This document shows, one piece after another, positions 50,707 to 64,000 of a DNA stretch of 64,000 nt. This DNA comes from Leptogorgia sarmentosa (lineage: Eukaryota). Below the pieces are notes generated by a model that ran no database searches, was not told the DNA's origin, and saw nothing but the letters and a program-made list of their open reading frames with translations. A program made the position numbers and the translations under genes. Each line of letters starts with the position of its first letter. Position 1 is the first letter of the stretch. The stretch lies in contig OZ210885.1 of assembly GCA_964658305.1 (NCBI GenBank), positions 2,232,001 to 2,296,000 of the forward strand, given 5' to 3'.

Positions 50707-53492
50707 TATATTATATTAATGCTAATTTCGACTGATACGTTTTAAACTACGAATTATTGCATTGGCGTTATCTCCCAACATACTGCGTATGCATTATAGC
50801 GTTTGCTTATTTATTTACCTGTAAGTACTGAGAGTGTCGTTTTTGGCATCAGCAATTTATTTCGATATTGATTGTAACTATAATTATCTCCTCCTATTGA
50901 TTGGTTGAATATATGAATATATACTTTTTTCAGGTACGAACTGGTCAAAATTATTTTCTCTCTGGAAAAATTTATCTTCTCAATAACAACAATTCCTTGT
51001 ATTTCCCTATGGTTGCCAGTGCGGAACAAAACCATTGTGTTAGCTACCTCCGCATTGAATTCACTGACTAGTAAATTAATACTTCGCAACAGGATACCTT
51101 ACGATGAGATTTGTTTATTGCATATAATTTGACAAGACAAAACTCCAGTTTGATCATTTCAAACGGCTCTTAAAGGCTTTCAAAGGCTGTTGGAGATTAT
51201 TCACGTCACATTAAATGACAATTCGGCTGAAAACTAGAACTATACAGGGTGTATAAAAAAAAAGTTTACTGATGAAAAACATTCTCTAAACTAACGAGCG
51301 CTCAAAATTTCCAAAAACTTTCGGTTAGCCTGGGTAGTTTAACACCCTCTGGTATATCTAGCACTGAGTTTATTTTAAAAACAAACTTTTTTAGAATGGG
51401 AAATGTGGTTACTGAAAGGCCCATTAAAAACGGCTTGCGCGGAAAAAATAAGTTTTCTTCACACAATTTGATTTAATCGGATGAAAATATGGAGTATGAT
51501 ATACAAGCTATTCAAGTTTTGAGAAATTTGGTGGACGCTGAGACGAACGCGCGATGTCCGAAAACTGGATTTTCCGCAATTTCTTCGCGTTATTACGGAC
51601 CTTTGGGAATTAGCTTGCAATTTGCATTGGTAATTAATGCAAATATCCAATTATGCATAAATTAATCGGTAATCATGCAGGAAAGAACGCGAATAATTTA
51701 AACGATATGATTTATTCTGTATAGATTTATTCAGTGTGCATTGCTTCTGGGTCTATTTGACGACGCTCGTGACTGACGCTCGTGACTGACGCTCGTGAGC
51801 GACGCCATCCTCTGGACATTGTAACCTTCCACTCACCAGCTATATACGGTTTTACCCGTACTCCAGCCCTTGTGACACTGGGATTATTTTCGGTCTCCAG
51901 TTCATATAATGTATGATATGAATGTATTTTGGTAAATTTGAAAAGCACTTACTAAAGATATTATACTCAGACTTAATTTCATACACTGTCATGGTTCACA
52001 CAAATGTCCACATAACTCACAGACTGCTCACACAGCGCTACTACAGGGTGTCTAAAAAAACGCAATGAGTATATTGAAAATGATCTATTGTCATAATTTC
52101 AATAGCCGAACTTAGTACTAAGCTGAATAAAAAAATTGTGCAAGATATAGGCCTACTCCAGGGTGCAAGATCGCCTAAAATCGCCTGAGATCTCCTGAGA
52201 AGGCCTAAAATTGCTCAAGATTGCCTATGATCGACATATATTACATACAAAGAAATAAGCATTCTGGGCTTAATAGGGGGTCTGAATTGAGAGAAGGCAT
52301 CAACTTTTTATATTGTCTTGTCACTCGAACATAAAATCCATATCTTCTCGCCACTGTGTAATATCCCCTTTATATTGGTTTCACTGTGACCTACAGTATT
52401 AATTGTATTATAGCTATTGTAGCTAACATTATGTCATGAATGTTAGATACCATTTTATCATCCATGCATATATTGATTAATTTTTTGGACACAATTTGCA
52501 CGAGATTTAATTAGCAGTATCAAAAAGACTCTTTGATATTCAAACTTGTGGAAAGCTATTTTTAATAGCTGGAATTTACGTGGCCGGATATCTGAGACTC
52601 AATAACACAATTAACTTGACACGACACAATTATATTGCTAATAACTGTGGATAGGTATTGCAAAGGTTGCTGTTGCAAACGAACTTCATGCAAGCAATAG
52701 CTAGAGAACTTAACATGATATACAATATATTCAGGCCTTAACAGGCGAACTTTGAGAATACATTGCAAAATAGAATTATGTTTTACACTATGGTTATAGA
52801 TCACGCTGGATTCTGGCGCCGCGGAGGCTATGGCTGAAGCCAACTCACTTTTTTGCTGAGATAGGTCATAATAATTATACTGCCAAGAATATAGGAAACC
52901 TGTAAAACAATTTTAACCCCCCGATCACTTTCAAATAGCTTCTGTGCGAGAATCGTGTCAGGATCGACGAATGTAGCGTAATATCATAAAAAGTCCAAAC
53001 TATGTATACCTGTGACTACCAAAGAAGTAAAGCATGCAGTGCAAGCTCGATTTTATGTAAACTCTGGAAAATATACTTATCATGCAGGGAAAACTAGACG
53101 ACAAACCCGACCGTCCAATGTTTGACAGTTATGATAAAGGTGCTTGGCTGAGTTGGCTCACATATATAAGAGTGATTATGAAGATACGTTTGAGTGCGAC
53201 ACAAAGTTGACAAGAAAACTGAATCAAATATTTTAAATCATACTATATATATAGTTGTGTTGCGGAATCAGTGGATATTATGATAACAGATTTTCGTGCT
53301 AACTTTCATTGCACTGAGCATTATATACTGTGAGCATTGCGTTGGTCACACAATTCTAATTAAAGCATTTTTGATATATTTATACTTTACTAGTCAGTAC
53401 TTGATGTGCATTTTTACGTACCAATATTGATTCCAACTTCTTTTCAATTCATATAATTCATATGGTGTGTACTTTCACATTCAGATCCTAGA

Positions 53493-53653
53493 CAGTGCCG
53501 TAGCTAGAACGATAATTGGGGGGGGGGCACATATTCATATATTCATGTTCTGCGTTATTAATTTCTTTTTAAATCCATTGTTTTTATGGTATGTGAACAT
53601 GAATATATGAATATGTGCCCCCCCCCCCAATTATCGTTCTAGCTACGGCACTG
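53493..53653. mobile_element. Young hAT-type MITE; degenerate relatives at ~3204-3368 and ~15077-15337
   Basis: Near-perfect ~55-bp TIR cagtgccgtagctagaacgataattg(G)n-cacatattcatatattcatgttc; 8-bp TSD ATCCTAGA. Confidence 0.92.
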
Positions 53654-55436
53654 ATCCTAGAAGAAGTCCTGTGTTTTCCTGGTAGTTAACAACATCACAG
53701 TTGGAAGTTGCATGAAAGGAATGAGAGAAATTTTAATAATAAAAGACAAATCATTTGACATTGTAGCACTTCAACAAGGTCAATACATCATCAAAGGATC
53801 AAAGACTAACAATAGGAATAACCAACCAATCAACGCTGTCCAAAACCAAGCAATCATAATTAATTATACTTATGATAAATCCTTTCCGAAAGTATACGAA
53901 AGCGAGGCTGAATCCGTTATAAGCGGCATGGTACCTGATAAAATTTGACATTCTCCGCCATCTTTATTTACATAGATAAAAATAAAATAAAAAATATATA
54001 AAGGAATTGCAATTGTTAATAGAGGTTAGCAATTTAGCCTTGCTTTCGATTTCACTTCCATAGTTTAATTATATGCTTTTCGAAAGAGTTTGCACTTCAT
54101 TTGGTTTTTCAAACAAGTTGATCAATGCACTTCTCGTGTGTGGCATATAAGCATGAATATTTTAGTCCTGAAAAACCAAACAACTAACTAAAATAAAAAA
54201 ATCATGATAAATGCTCCTAACACTTAAACAATTTTTGCGAATGCAATTTATTAAATTTTTTCTTATTCAGATGCATACTGAAAATACGAAACTAAATATT
54301 TAAAATATATAATCATGCTATTCTCTTCGGTGAATGTTATCGTTATACAATATCATTGCTTAGTATTGAGCATTTCCCGACAGTTGCATGCGTATAGGGC
54401 CTATATCAATCGAGAAATACCGTATAGCATAAATACAAAATTATAAATGTGCTGTTAAAAAACTTAAATAAATATTAATGTACAAATTTCAATAAATTTT
54501 CCTAGAGTAAAGTACATTTGAAGTAAGGATTAGCAACAATTTAAAAAATATCTAGCTCGATATATGCGCGCCCGAAGTATAAGTCAGGGTCAGAATAGTG
54601 GTTCAAATCGAATTTGCATGGGAACAGTATAGCGCTTGTTTTAAATACATAGTTTACAAATAATAAAAAATCCAAAGAATTTGCGTGCTTTTTCAGCCTG
54701 AAAATATGAGTACATAAAATTACAAAAGTAATTGGACACCTGATTTCATTATTATAATGTATTTAATAAATTTGTAGCCTGAATTTGGGACACATTGTGA
54801 TATTGTAAATATATTTTTTTAGTGCATGAAACGATCATTATCATCTGTAATTACTGAACGCATCAATATGCTTTTCTCCAAAATTGAACCTAAAGGTATC
54901 CAAAACGTTATGGTTTCCATGTATAGGGTAAAGTATATACTTTCCCACTATATATTCTCGTGGAAGAAATTGGCTGGCTTTAATTCAACAATTAGAGGAA
55001 TAAATTTCCCATGCACAGCTGTGTATGGAACTTTTGGAATCCTTCTATATTATAGTAATCACACCAGGGGGCATGCAGATAGATGTTTATCGAAATTAAA
55101 ATTGACACTGGAGAAATATTGTCCAAAATGATTTCCAAAGTATGTTAGGTTATATATATTATGTTATTGACTGAGTGTGAGGTCCGTACTGGAGGATACC
55201 GCACGGTCGAGTTCTGACCGTGCAGTATCCTCCAGTACGGATCGAAAAAACTCAGTCAATAAGCTATTTATTATACGGCAAAAGATAAACAAAACTCGTT
55301 TACAACAATTCAACACTATGAACAAAGCCGTTAAACGGCGCATGCATAAGTCACTAAAATTTACGTTACACTCCCCCATTCGTCTTTCGAGATACTAGAC
55401 AAAAATTTTAAGGGTTAAATATATAGTTGTATACAT

Positions 55437-56112
55437 ATATGTTATTTACCGGCTGGGAGGTCCGTACTGAAAAAATATTTTGTCGAGGTCTCAAAAACGG
55501 CCCGAGGCCGAAGGCCGAGGGACGTTTTTGAGACCGAGACAAAATATTTTTTCAGTACGGACCGACCTGAACGGTAAATAACGTTTTTATTTTTTTTCTC
55601 CTCGTTGTTATGATAAAATTCGTCAAAAATTCCAGTGTTGCGAACTAGATTTTGAGATCAGTTTGTTAGTGAGAAAAACCCCTTCAATATTGACGCATTT
55701 GCTTCAATATTGACGCTTTTCCACTCAATATTATTACGAAAAAGGTAAACGTATTAAAATTATTTATTTTCCCGCTCGTTTCACGATACAAACATGGTTA
55801 AAATACGCTTTAGACACCGAAATATTTCGCCGAGAATGTTTTGTTTTGTTCATACTAATGAGACTTGTTTTTGTTGCTGTAAATATCCCCTAAAATATCC
55901 CTTAGCATAATAAAATGAACTTTCATGTGTTCTTTATCGCCTAAATTCGTTTTGAATGTTTTAAAAAAACTTTGAGTCTTTGTAAACAAACTAAATCGCT
56001 AAAAAATAACACTTTTGGACCACGGTCAAGATATCGTAAAAAGCCGCCCGCTGCTGCAGCCAATCAGATTGCAGGAAATCAAAAAATATCACTAGGCATG
56101 CACAAATAAAAA
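55437..56112. mobile_element. Palindrome-terminated element; related shorter palindrome at ~55160-55275
   Basis: Palindrome ~55441-55583 with apex ccgaggccgaaggccgagg; far end has CCAATCAG and aaataaaa. Confidence 0.65.
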
Positions 56113-56803
56113 TATAAATAGGTGTTCTTTTCAGATTGAAAATTTTTACCTTGATTGTTCGATGGATATATAAAGCTGCTTGAAATTAATTTTCCACTTA
56201 TCCACCGTTTAAGCGGCTATTACTTATTAGTAAAACCAGGGGCCGGTTGTTCGTAGCCCATTTAGCTTAAACGGTGGATAAGCCCAGAATATAAAACAAG
56301 TCTATGCATTGCTTGAACAGTCAAATTAATATTTTTCGATCTGAAAAAAACACTTATGTATACAACAACATAATTCCGTGTTTCAAATTTATGTTCGGTT
56401 ATTCACAAGATGAACGGGAGTGTAATTTAGATTTGAGTTATCCACAGTTTAAGCTAAACGGGCTATGAACAACCGCCTCCAGGCCATTGGGCCGGAGTCT
56501 AAAAATGGGCTGTGTTTGTCCATAGGTAGCCCAACGCACGCACGACGTAGCTAGTATTCATTCATTATAATACTATACTAATGAATACTACGTCATGCGT
56601 GCGTTGGGCTACCTATGGTTTGTCGCTGTCGTTCATCACGTCGTCGCCATAATTGGTCGATATATTTAGAATTGCGTCATCCCGAAAGCCTTTGCGGACA
56701 CGGCGCATGCTTATATTCATGAGCTAGTCACGAGGGTCGGCGTTAGATCATGGTGAGCGTTAGATCATATACGTACCATGACGTCATGATTTTAATATAA
56801 CCG

Positions 56804-57297
56804 TTTTTATTATATAGTACACAGTGAGATACTGAAAAATACACAGTGAGATATTTTCCATATCTTCACTAGTGAAGATATCGATCACGTGATCATTTCC
56901 CGCCAATAAATTTGTTTTCAAAATGGCGACGTTCGTTGGCGAACCAATTTTTGTCTTTGTTCCATGGAAATACATCAATCGATAAAATGAAATTGTCGAT
57001 AAAATGAAAATACTACAACAAAAGACTAAAATGATGCCCAGGTATTCTTTGAATTTGGATAATTTGATGTATTTCGTTGAAAAATTTAGCATTATCGATC
57101 CAAAATTAATATTGCCGACTGGCTTTTACGACTATATAATAAAAAGAACATTACACGGCGGTTTGAAGATATGAATTTTATCTTCTCGCGGTGAAATGAC
57201 ATTTTACTCATTCGCTGCGCTCATTCGTAAAATATTGCTTTCACCTCTCGAAGATAAAATTCATATCTTCGCACCGCTGTGTAATATCCTCTATATA
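56804..57297. mobile_element. Palindrome-terminated element (reverse orientation)
   Basis: Palindrome ~57150-57285. ACTATATAATAAAAA (57131-57145) and TTTTTATTATATAGT (56804-56818) are inverted. Confidence 0.7.
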
Positions 57298-57423
57298 TAT
57301 TATTAGTATTAGCTGTGAACTAGTTTTATATAGACTAAGATCCCAAACCCTAAATACCCTGACCATAGAGGTCGGCAAAATATTGAGGACAAAAAAAGTT
57401 TTAACTTGAAATCGAAAGAAAAG

Positions 57424-57490
57424 TGTCGCACCGGGGCTTGAACTCTAAAACAGCAACGCAAGCACCGCGTGCCTAACCTCCTGAGCTAAT
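57424..57490 (-). pseudogene. tRNA-like sequence (SINE head or tRNA pseudogene)
   Basis: Minus strand TAGCTCAGGAGGTTAG (A-box-like) and GTTCAAGCCC (B-box-like); arms degenerate. Confidence 0.45.
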
Positions 57491-60306
57491 TTCGAGCTCG
57501 CTGCAAACTATCGTCAAAAAAACATTTTATAGAGAAAACTCCGTTAATAATAAAATTCTGACATCATGGTGCGTTAACTTATGATCTAACACTAACCAGT
57601 CACGAGTGGTATCTATTTTTCCGGACCGGCAGTTTCCGACGGTGTCCGACAACTTCCAATCTTTAAATTGCACACGTGAACTTTTTGTGAACATTTTCAA
57701 CAAGCGTACATGAATATTTGAAAATCTGATCTGGCAACACTGCCCCCACCCGGCACTCATCGAGCTGGCTACGTCACTATGGAATGGAAGAGTTGCTCAA
57801 GTTCCAGTTGAGCTGGTGTCTCATTCCCAGATCCTACGGGAAAGGTTCCATTGTTTTAGTCCACTACACCCAATCACAGGATAGATCAGTATCTATTCGA
57901 TGACCAAAATGTTCCTCTCAGTCTCTCGGATACCTAGTGTTGATTATTTTTTACACACAAAAACGGTCATTTCGCCATTCACTATGACCTGCGGTTGCCT
58001 TTCAAAATATAGCGCCGGCGTTGCACGCAGCAAGCGACACACATCATTAGCATATTTGATGAGACAAGATGGCGGCTGTCCGGAGGCGGAATTTTAGTGT
58101 AGAAGAAGTTTTGGCCCATGATATTCTTAATGATAGGTCAAGAACTGCTTCTGAACGGCCCCCAGATTGTTTTTCAAAGCTAAAGGAGGCCCTAACTGAT
58201 ATTGCTAGGGGAGAATCATGCGGCATAAACAATAAACGTGAGCGAATTTGTTGATACTTGCACAAGAAATGTCAACGATGTGCTCCATGATTTAACTACC
58301 AGCTCAATTGCAAATTAAAGCAATTCTTTAATGAACAGACCCAGATTGCAAACCAAACAACTCAATTATTTTCGTTAAATCACGCAATCAAAAATGTGTC
58401 ACCACTAAAGTTAGATGGCAATGTGATATTTTGGAGCTTCCCTGCATAATATTGGTGTTGCATTGCTAGTCTGGCTGCAGCCGCGCTAGAGAAAAATCAG
58501 TCTGGGGATCGAGGAACAACCAAATACCGTGTTCATGATCATTGGAATTTAGCTGATGAACACAAGTTAAAAAATTGTTCCCCAATTTCCAGACTGGATT
58601 TCATACAAGGTTGCAACTCATACTGATGTGCAAGAGCAACTGGAATATTTGGAGAAAACCTGGCATGGTGGTTTGATATCACATGTAATATATCCTTGCT
58701 TTATATTCAAGCCATTGTATGTTAAAGTGACAGCAAAGAATAGCTTGGAAAATGTTAAAACATGAATTCAGCTTAACTCTCTTCTTCATACAAGAATGAT
58801 AAACTAATCTTACTTATGTTTCTCTGCGTTAATGACCTGTTTGACCAGGAAAAAAAGTTGTAGTCATTTTGCACAATATTAGATATTGAGTATAGTCTAT
58901 GGTATTGATCTTTCAGTACAATCAATGGAAAAGTTTTGGTATTGCAAAAGTCATGCAATAAGTTTTATATATATATTATAGTATAATATAAAAGTTAGTC
59001 AAGGATACATTATACATTAAATGGCCTTGTGCTTTTTATCACAACCCCTCTAATACAAACAAATAATTTTTTAATACTATTAGTTTGATTAAAGACAAGT
59101 AATTTTACACTATTAGTTGCTTTAACACTATAACTATACTAGCAGTTCAATGCCAATGATCACTTTGACTTCATGTGTGCAGATGTTATGCAGTAAATTG
59201 TTCAATGAAATATTTTTTTAAAAAGTCTTGCCATCAAATTGCCTGTTATTTTTTGTCTTCTAAACTGCTATGACAAGCACATCACTCAACAAGTTATTGC
59301 AAACTGAAACATTATAACAGTATCGTTTTTGAAATACTGCAGTTTTTACGTTTTAGAAATACTGTGGTTTTAGAAAACCTGTAGCCAAGTATAGAATATA
59401 CATACTATGGCCTTGTGATTTTTACAATGACAAATAACTTTTAGTAATTTTTGCCTTACGCATTTGGTAACTTTGCATGCTTACGCAATAATTAACTGAC
59501 GAACACGCGGACCATTTTAATTTAAATTAAACGCGAATTATTCTTATTCTCAGCTTGAAGATGATGCAAGAAGCATCGAAACGTCGCAAAATAAATTTAT
59601 TATGGTTATCATTTGTCTCAAAATTAATTACAAATAACTTTATACTAATAATTGTAATAATACTAACTACCAGCTGTAAGGTAGGCTAGCAATGTCAAAG
59701 TTACCAACTTAGCAATAACTTATACACATATGTTTAATTTGTGTATTGAATTGTTGAGCCAAGTATACAACATGCAAAAAATGGCCCAGTGATTTTATCA
59801 TGGCAAAATAATTTTACACTAATAGTTGTTTTACGTGTGTAGGCTAGCAATATCAATGGTCACCAACTTTGCTAAAACAACTAACTTATATACACATGTT
59901 TCATTTGTGCATTGAAGTGTTAAAAAACACGTATTCTATTCTTTATTCGTCTCAACCTTAGCGATCGAGCCTAGCCTTTTTTGGCGCATAAATTATATTA
60001 TCCAACATTGAATCGACTATAATTTGTGGCCTTTCTAAAAGGCATTTTATTTATTGTCCTAAGAAATTTTCCACGAAACAAAAAACATACAAACTTTAAT
60101 AGGACTTTTTACTTTGATGTTCACCAAAAATGAAACAAAAAGAAGTTAAAACGAACGAGCCTATGCAAGACGAAGTTGATACATTTTCACAAACGACGCC
60201 ATTTCGCTCGTATGCCTCGAACAAGAAGGGCGCCAGAGGAATTGTTTTGATGGTTTCCATGGCAATATTGATATCATTTTCATTCGCAAGAGTCCCTCTA
60301 TTTACC

Positions 60307-60913
60307 TTTATTATTTATTTCAAACAATTCAAGAGTTTTGATTGGTTAAGAGCAGTGCAATAAATCTTCATATACGACATTATGACGTAATTATGTCGTA
60401 CATTGAAAATTATTATTTATTTCAAACAATTCAAGAGTTTTGATTGGTTAAGAGCAGTGCAATAAATCTTCATATACGACATTATGACGTAATTATGTCG
60501 TATATTGAAAATTATTCGACATTATGACGTCAACTAATTTATTCTGCATATGCCAAAAGCGGGAAAATTGTGGAAAATACAAATGGCTTCCTCCAAGGAA
60601 AGGTTCTTCCAAACGTTTATATTGAGTTGAAATAAATTTGTTTGATTTAATTCTTGTTTAGCTATGTTGAATTGCTTTGACTGGGACCTTGAAATGTACA
60701 ACAGCTATAAGAACATTTTCTCTTGTAGTCTGATTGGCTTATTCAATCTTGCGAACACTATATTATTGTTCTATTTCCAGTACCTTGCAATTGCGTGTTT
60801 TTGCAAGCGCTATATACAAATAAATAATAAAACAATTATTGAATTCGGTCCTCGTAGGATATGGGAATTATTCAGGCCTCGGTTTGTGTTATCTGCCTCA
60901 GCCTTCGGCTTCG
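60307..60913. mobile_element. Palindrome-terminated element with truncated palindrome and a ~103-bp terminal tandem duplication (60310-60515)
   Basis: TTTATTATTTATTT (60307-60320) and AAATAAATAATAAA (60818-60831) are inverted; the half-palindrome resembles that at 23474. Confidence 0.6.
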
Positions 60914-61120
60914 CCCCCCCCCCGGTCCAATTCAACTTGAAATTCCCAGCGAATGGCAATTTGCTCCGGGCAGACTTGGGACTCATTGCAAGATTACAAC
61001 CGTAATTAACCTTACAACCTTGACCATAACGGTAAGGACAACCATCCTAATTACCTAATACATTGCAATTTCAGAACTTCGTCATTTAACCACTATGATT
61101 CCAGAAATGCTATGCTGTTT

Positions 61121-61411
61121 TTACTGTTGAAAATTATGGCGGAGATGAGGTGGTGGACTTCTAGTGTTTTGCAGAGCTCTCAGAGGGCGAAGAGCGTCGT
61201 TTTTCGTTACGTTCCGAGGTAAAGCACATGTAACCAAAGGTGAGGCTGTAACAACTGTTGTGTCAGTAAAAGGAAGAAAATCTGGATGCAAGTCTGTTAT
61301 ATCTGTTCCATTCTTGGTCGTGTAGGTGACCATGGCAGCACTGAAATACTGACAAGTTTGATGTAACTGACTATCATGTATAACCTTACCATTTACTCGA
61401 CAAGCGCAGTT
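61121..61411 (-). CDS. Possible terminal coding exon of an unidentified gene
   Basis: Open frame from acceptor tgtag|AAC to TAA: NCACRVNGKVIHDSQ...PPPHLRHNFQQ. No recognisable domain; upstream exons not identified. Confidence 0.3.
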   Translation of the reverse strand, partial: NCACRVNGKVIHDSQLHQTCQYFSAAMVTYTTKNGTDITDLHPDFLPFTDTTVVTASPLVTCALPRNVTKNDALRPLRALQNTRSPPPHLRHNFQQ

Positions 61412-63307
61412 CTACAATTACTGCGTATAAAATAAGGTTTATAATTCAGTAAGAATATAACGTGGGAATTCAATATACGGGACATCGACCCGAGCTAATG
61501 TAATTTAATAGTTAACAGTAATATAAAGAGAAATACATCATCCAGTATGGGTTAATAAATCCGCATTTGCAATGTTAATGATTGAAGCTGTTCTGTATTC
61601 AAATCATGCCAAATTTCCGCAACGCGCAAGGAGAAAACACACACACAAGTTTTGCGGGATAAGGGGTTTCGGGGTGAAGCACTCTAAAGTTTTATCGTAA
61701 AAGATAAGGCCAAGCGTCATCCCAAAGACTCGCTATTACACCAATTAAATTGTAATATATTGTTTATATGTAATATGTTGCAAACGAGCTAGCTATGCAC
61801 TGTACACACAGTCCTATACATTAAACGCACACGCGACAGAACGTTTGATATGCGCACACGCGCATACCCAGGAGATAGCTAGATTCACAACACCTATATC
61901 TGAACAACTGTACACACAGTTGTACAATCCTTGAGATTCAAGTATAATTACAATAAATTAAGCATGAGTCTATGGGCTTGAACGTGACAATAAGTAGCGC
62001 TTCATTCCCGAACCCAATGATATATTTCCTTTAGAATATATGAAACTTAGATCATCAAAGCAAAAATATCATGTCGCAAATTATACAATTGAACACAGCG
62101 AATATTTAACTTTAAGGTTATGGCAGAGCCAGTTTTCTGTCGTTCTTCGTTTTCGTCGTCGAGAAATGCGATATCATATTTCGTCGTGTTTCAATGCCAA
62201 ATGTTTTTATTTGTATGCCAATTCAAATGTGTAGATCTGAATACTAAATGTGTTGATCTGACTGCTGGCAAGGGTATTGATTTGAATGTGATGTTGAAAA
62301 GCGTTTCAAAAATTAAAAGAAATACAGCAAATACTATATCTATAAGGATTTCAACCACAGAGTAATCTACTGTGAACATAGTCTTGGCCTCAGTGGAGAC
62401 ATTGAGAACAACAAGTAGGACTCCAAACTCTCATCTGAAAGTAGGGGTTCTATACAGGTACCAGCTCTCCTGCATTCGCACTTCAAGACATCGCACACAT
62501 GTCGTCATTTTTGAGGGAAGTGTAAACGCCTGAGCAGGCGTCTTGTTAACTTTATTTTATTAATTGCTTGATAATATTTTTTTTAAATACGTGGAATTTT
62601 AAATTCCAGTACAATTTTGGACCAATATGAATTTATTCATACTTGCCATAAATTTAGGTTGAATGTGACGTCAAAATGACCTAAATTTGGCCAAAATCCG
62701 CCATGTTTTTGGCGACACTTTTTTAACAGATGACGTGCATAATGCAAGAGTATGACTCCAGGTCGTGCTGGGTTGGGGTCACTGGTTAGGGTCTGGTCCT
62801 GTCGTAAATTCAAGCATACTTTAATTAAAATTGAGGATCATCCCAGACAACAGGGGGAGAGATTGTTGTTTACCATTTACATGAAATCCCATGCATCTGG
62901 TTAAAAATTGTGCGAATATCGAATGAAAAAACTTAAATTGGAAAATCTCGTCCGGAAGCATGCGTTTTCCATTTGGCGTCAGACCGGAATGGACAGGAAC
63001 CACTTACACAGTGACGGTGATGAATATATTTCCAAGAGCCTAGAACTAGTGCTGCAACCCAGAAAAAGTGTAAATGGAACGAAATAAACCGTTAATTGCA
63101 AACGTTCCAACCAGTCAAGGGGACAACCTTTTCAAGCAAAGCGTTTATTCGGATAATTTTACAGTTAACGTTGGTTCGACCAAAAAATAATGTACTGTGT
63201 TGGAATACTGATTAAGTTTATCAATAACCACATAATAATAATACATAATCTTTTAAGAGGAAACCTATTGGTTTGAATAACGTGGTTTTCATATACATAG
63301 GTCATAT

Positions 63308-63879
63308 ACCCAATAATAACAGGTGACACATATCGCCCTGATTTGCTGCTGACGACTAAGGACAACTGTCTATATATCGTTGAATTAACCGTGGGATACG
63401 AAACTAACCTTCGAAATAACATTGAGCGTAAACGATCTAAATATTCAGATTTAATTAAAGAACAAATAGAACATTTCAAAACAGTTAAATTTATTAATCT
63501 CTCTATCAGTGCACTTGGTGTTTTTGACCAGGAATCGTCTGCTTTTATTGATATGCTTAAACAGCTTAATATAGATAATAACCATCAAAAATATATTGTA
63601 AGAAAAATGATAAACATCGCCATCAGGTCAACTTACTACATCTTTTGCTGCCGAGAGACAAGGAATGGTCCAATCCGGATTTGATGAGATTTTACATAAT
63701 ATTTTATGAACATATACCATGAACATTTTATATAATCTATGAACTTATATAATTATATCCTTTATACGTAATCCAAGTAGTCGATTGTAAATTACCTTAT
63801 TAAGCGATATTTGCAATTGTGTGTACATAAGAAAATTATTTCAATAAAGTTTTCATTATTATTGTTATTATTATTATTA
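63308..63879 (+). mobile_element. 3' remnant of a non-LTR retrotransposon with a restriction-like endonuclease (RLE) domain
   Basis: IITGDTYRPDLLL...YIVELTVGYE...K..KY (PD-(D/E)xK-type RLE motifs), apparent frameshift near 63655, AATAAA, (ATT)n tail. GTCATAT at 63301 and 63880 is a candidate TSD. Confidence 0.8.
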
Positions 63880-64000
63880 GTCATATCAACTCAATAGCTG
63901 AGAAGAGCAATTCAGTGATTGACAGAGATGACCTCGCTGCTACTGATGTTGACTGAAAGGAAATAATAATCACGCTAAGTCTCTTTTTTTTAGTGGGGCG

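Noticed and set aside
53712..53948. 78-aa ORF
   Set aside because: No recognisable domain or splice context; compatible with chance.
58069..58700. MAAVRRRNFSVEEVL... ORF as a gene or transposase start
   Set aside because: Plausible start context and a possible donor, but no supportable downstream exons or catalytic motifs; probably a decayed element.

Overview
AT-rich, repeat-dense eukaryotic (metazoan) genomic DNA with GT-AG spliceosomal introns. The repeat families and gene content look cnidarian (inference only). Hand-assembled gene models: (1) a 5-exon, 333-aa minus-strand gene (4202-13422) with signal peptide, propeptide, a furin site on a 14-nt micro-exon, two tandem transcobalamin/intrinsic-factor beta (DUF4430-like) domains, no alpha domain, and a hydrophobic C-terminal anchor; (2) the first coding exon of a secreted VWA7/hemicentin-type VWA protein (17429-18227, +), whose later exons I could not find; (3) two tandem paralogues of a small type-I membrane protein with C-x5-C-x3-CC modules and an RGG/Gly-rich stalk (19359-22032, -); (4) a complete 10-exon TRAF6 (27370-34426, -). 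The rest is mostly mobile DNA: head-to-tail Helentron/DINE-like (HINE) arrays, many MITEs (hAT, Tc1/mariner/pogo, Harbinger-like, CACTA), two 5'-truncated non-LTR retrotransposons, tRNA-like SINE fragments, a 21-bp minisatellite, and several sequence-divergent elements sharing a 'terminal palindrome + short inverted repeat pair' architecture. No CRISPR, rRNA or intact tRNA was found. Exon boundaries were read by eye and have no transcript support.
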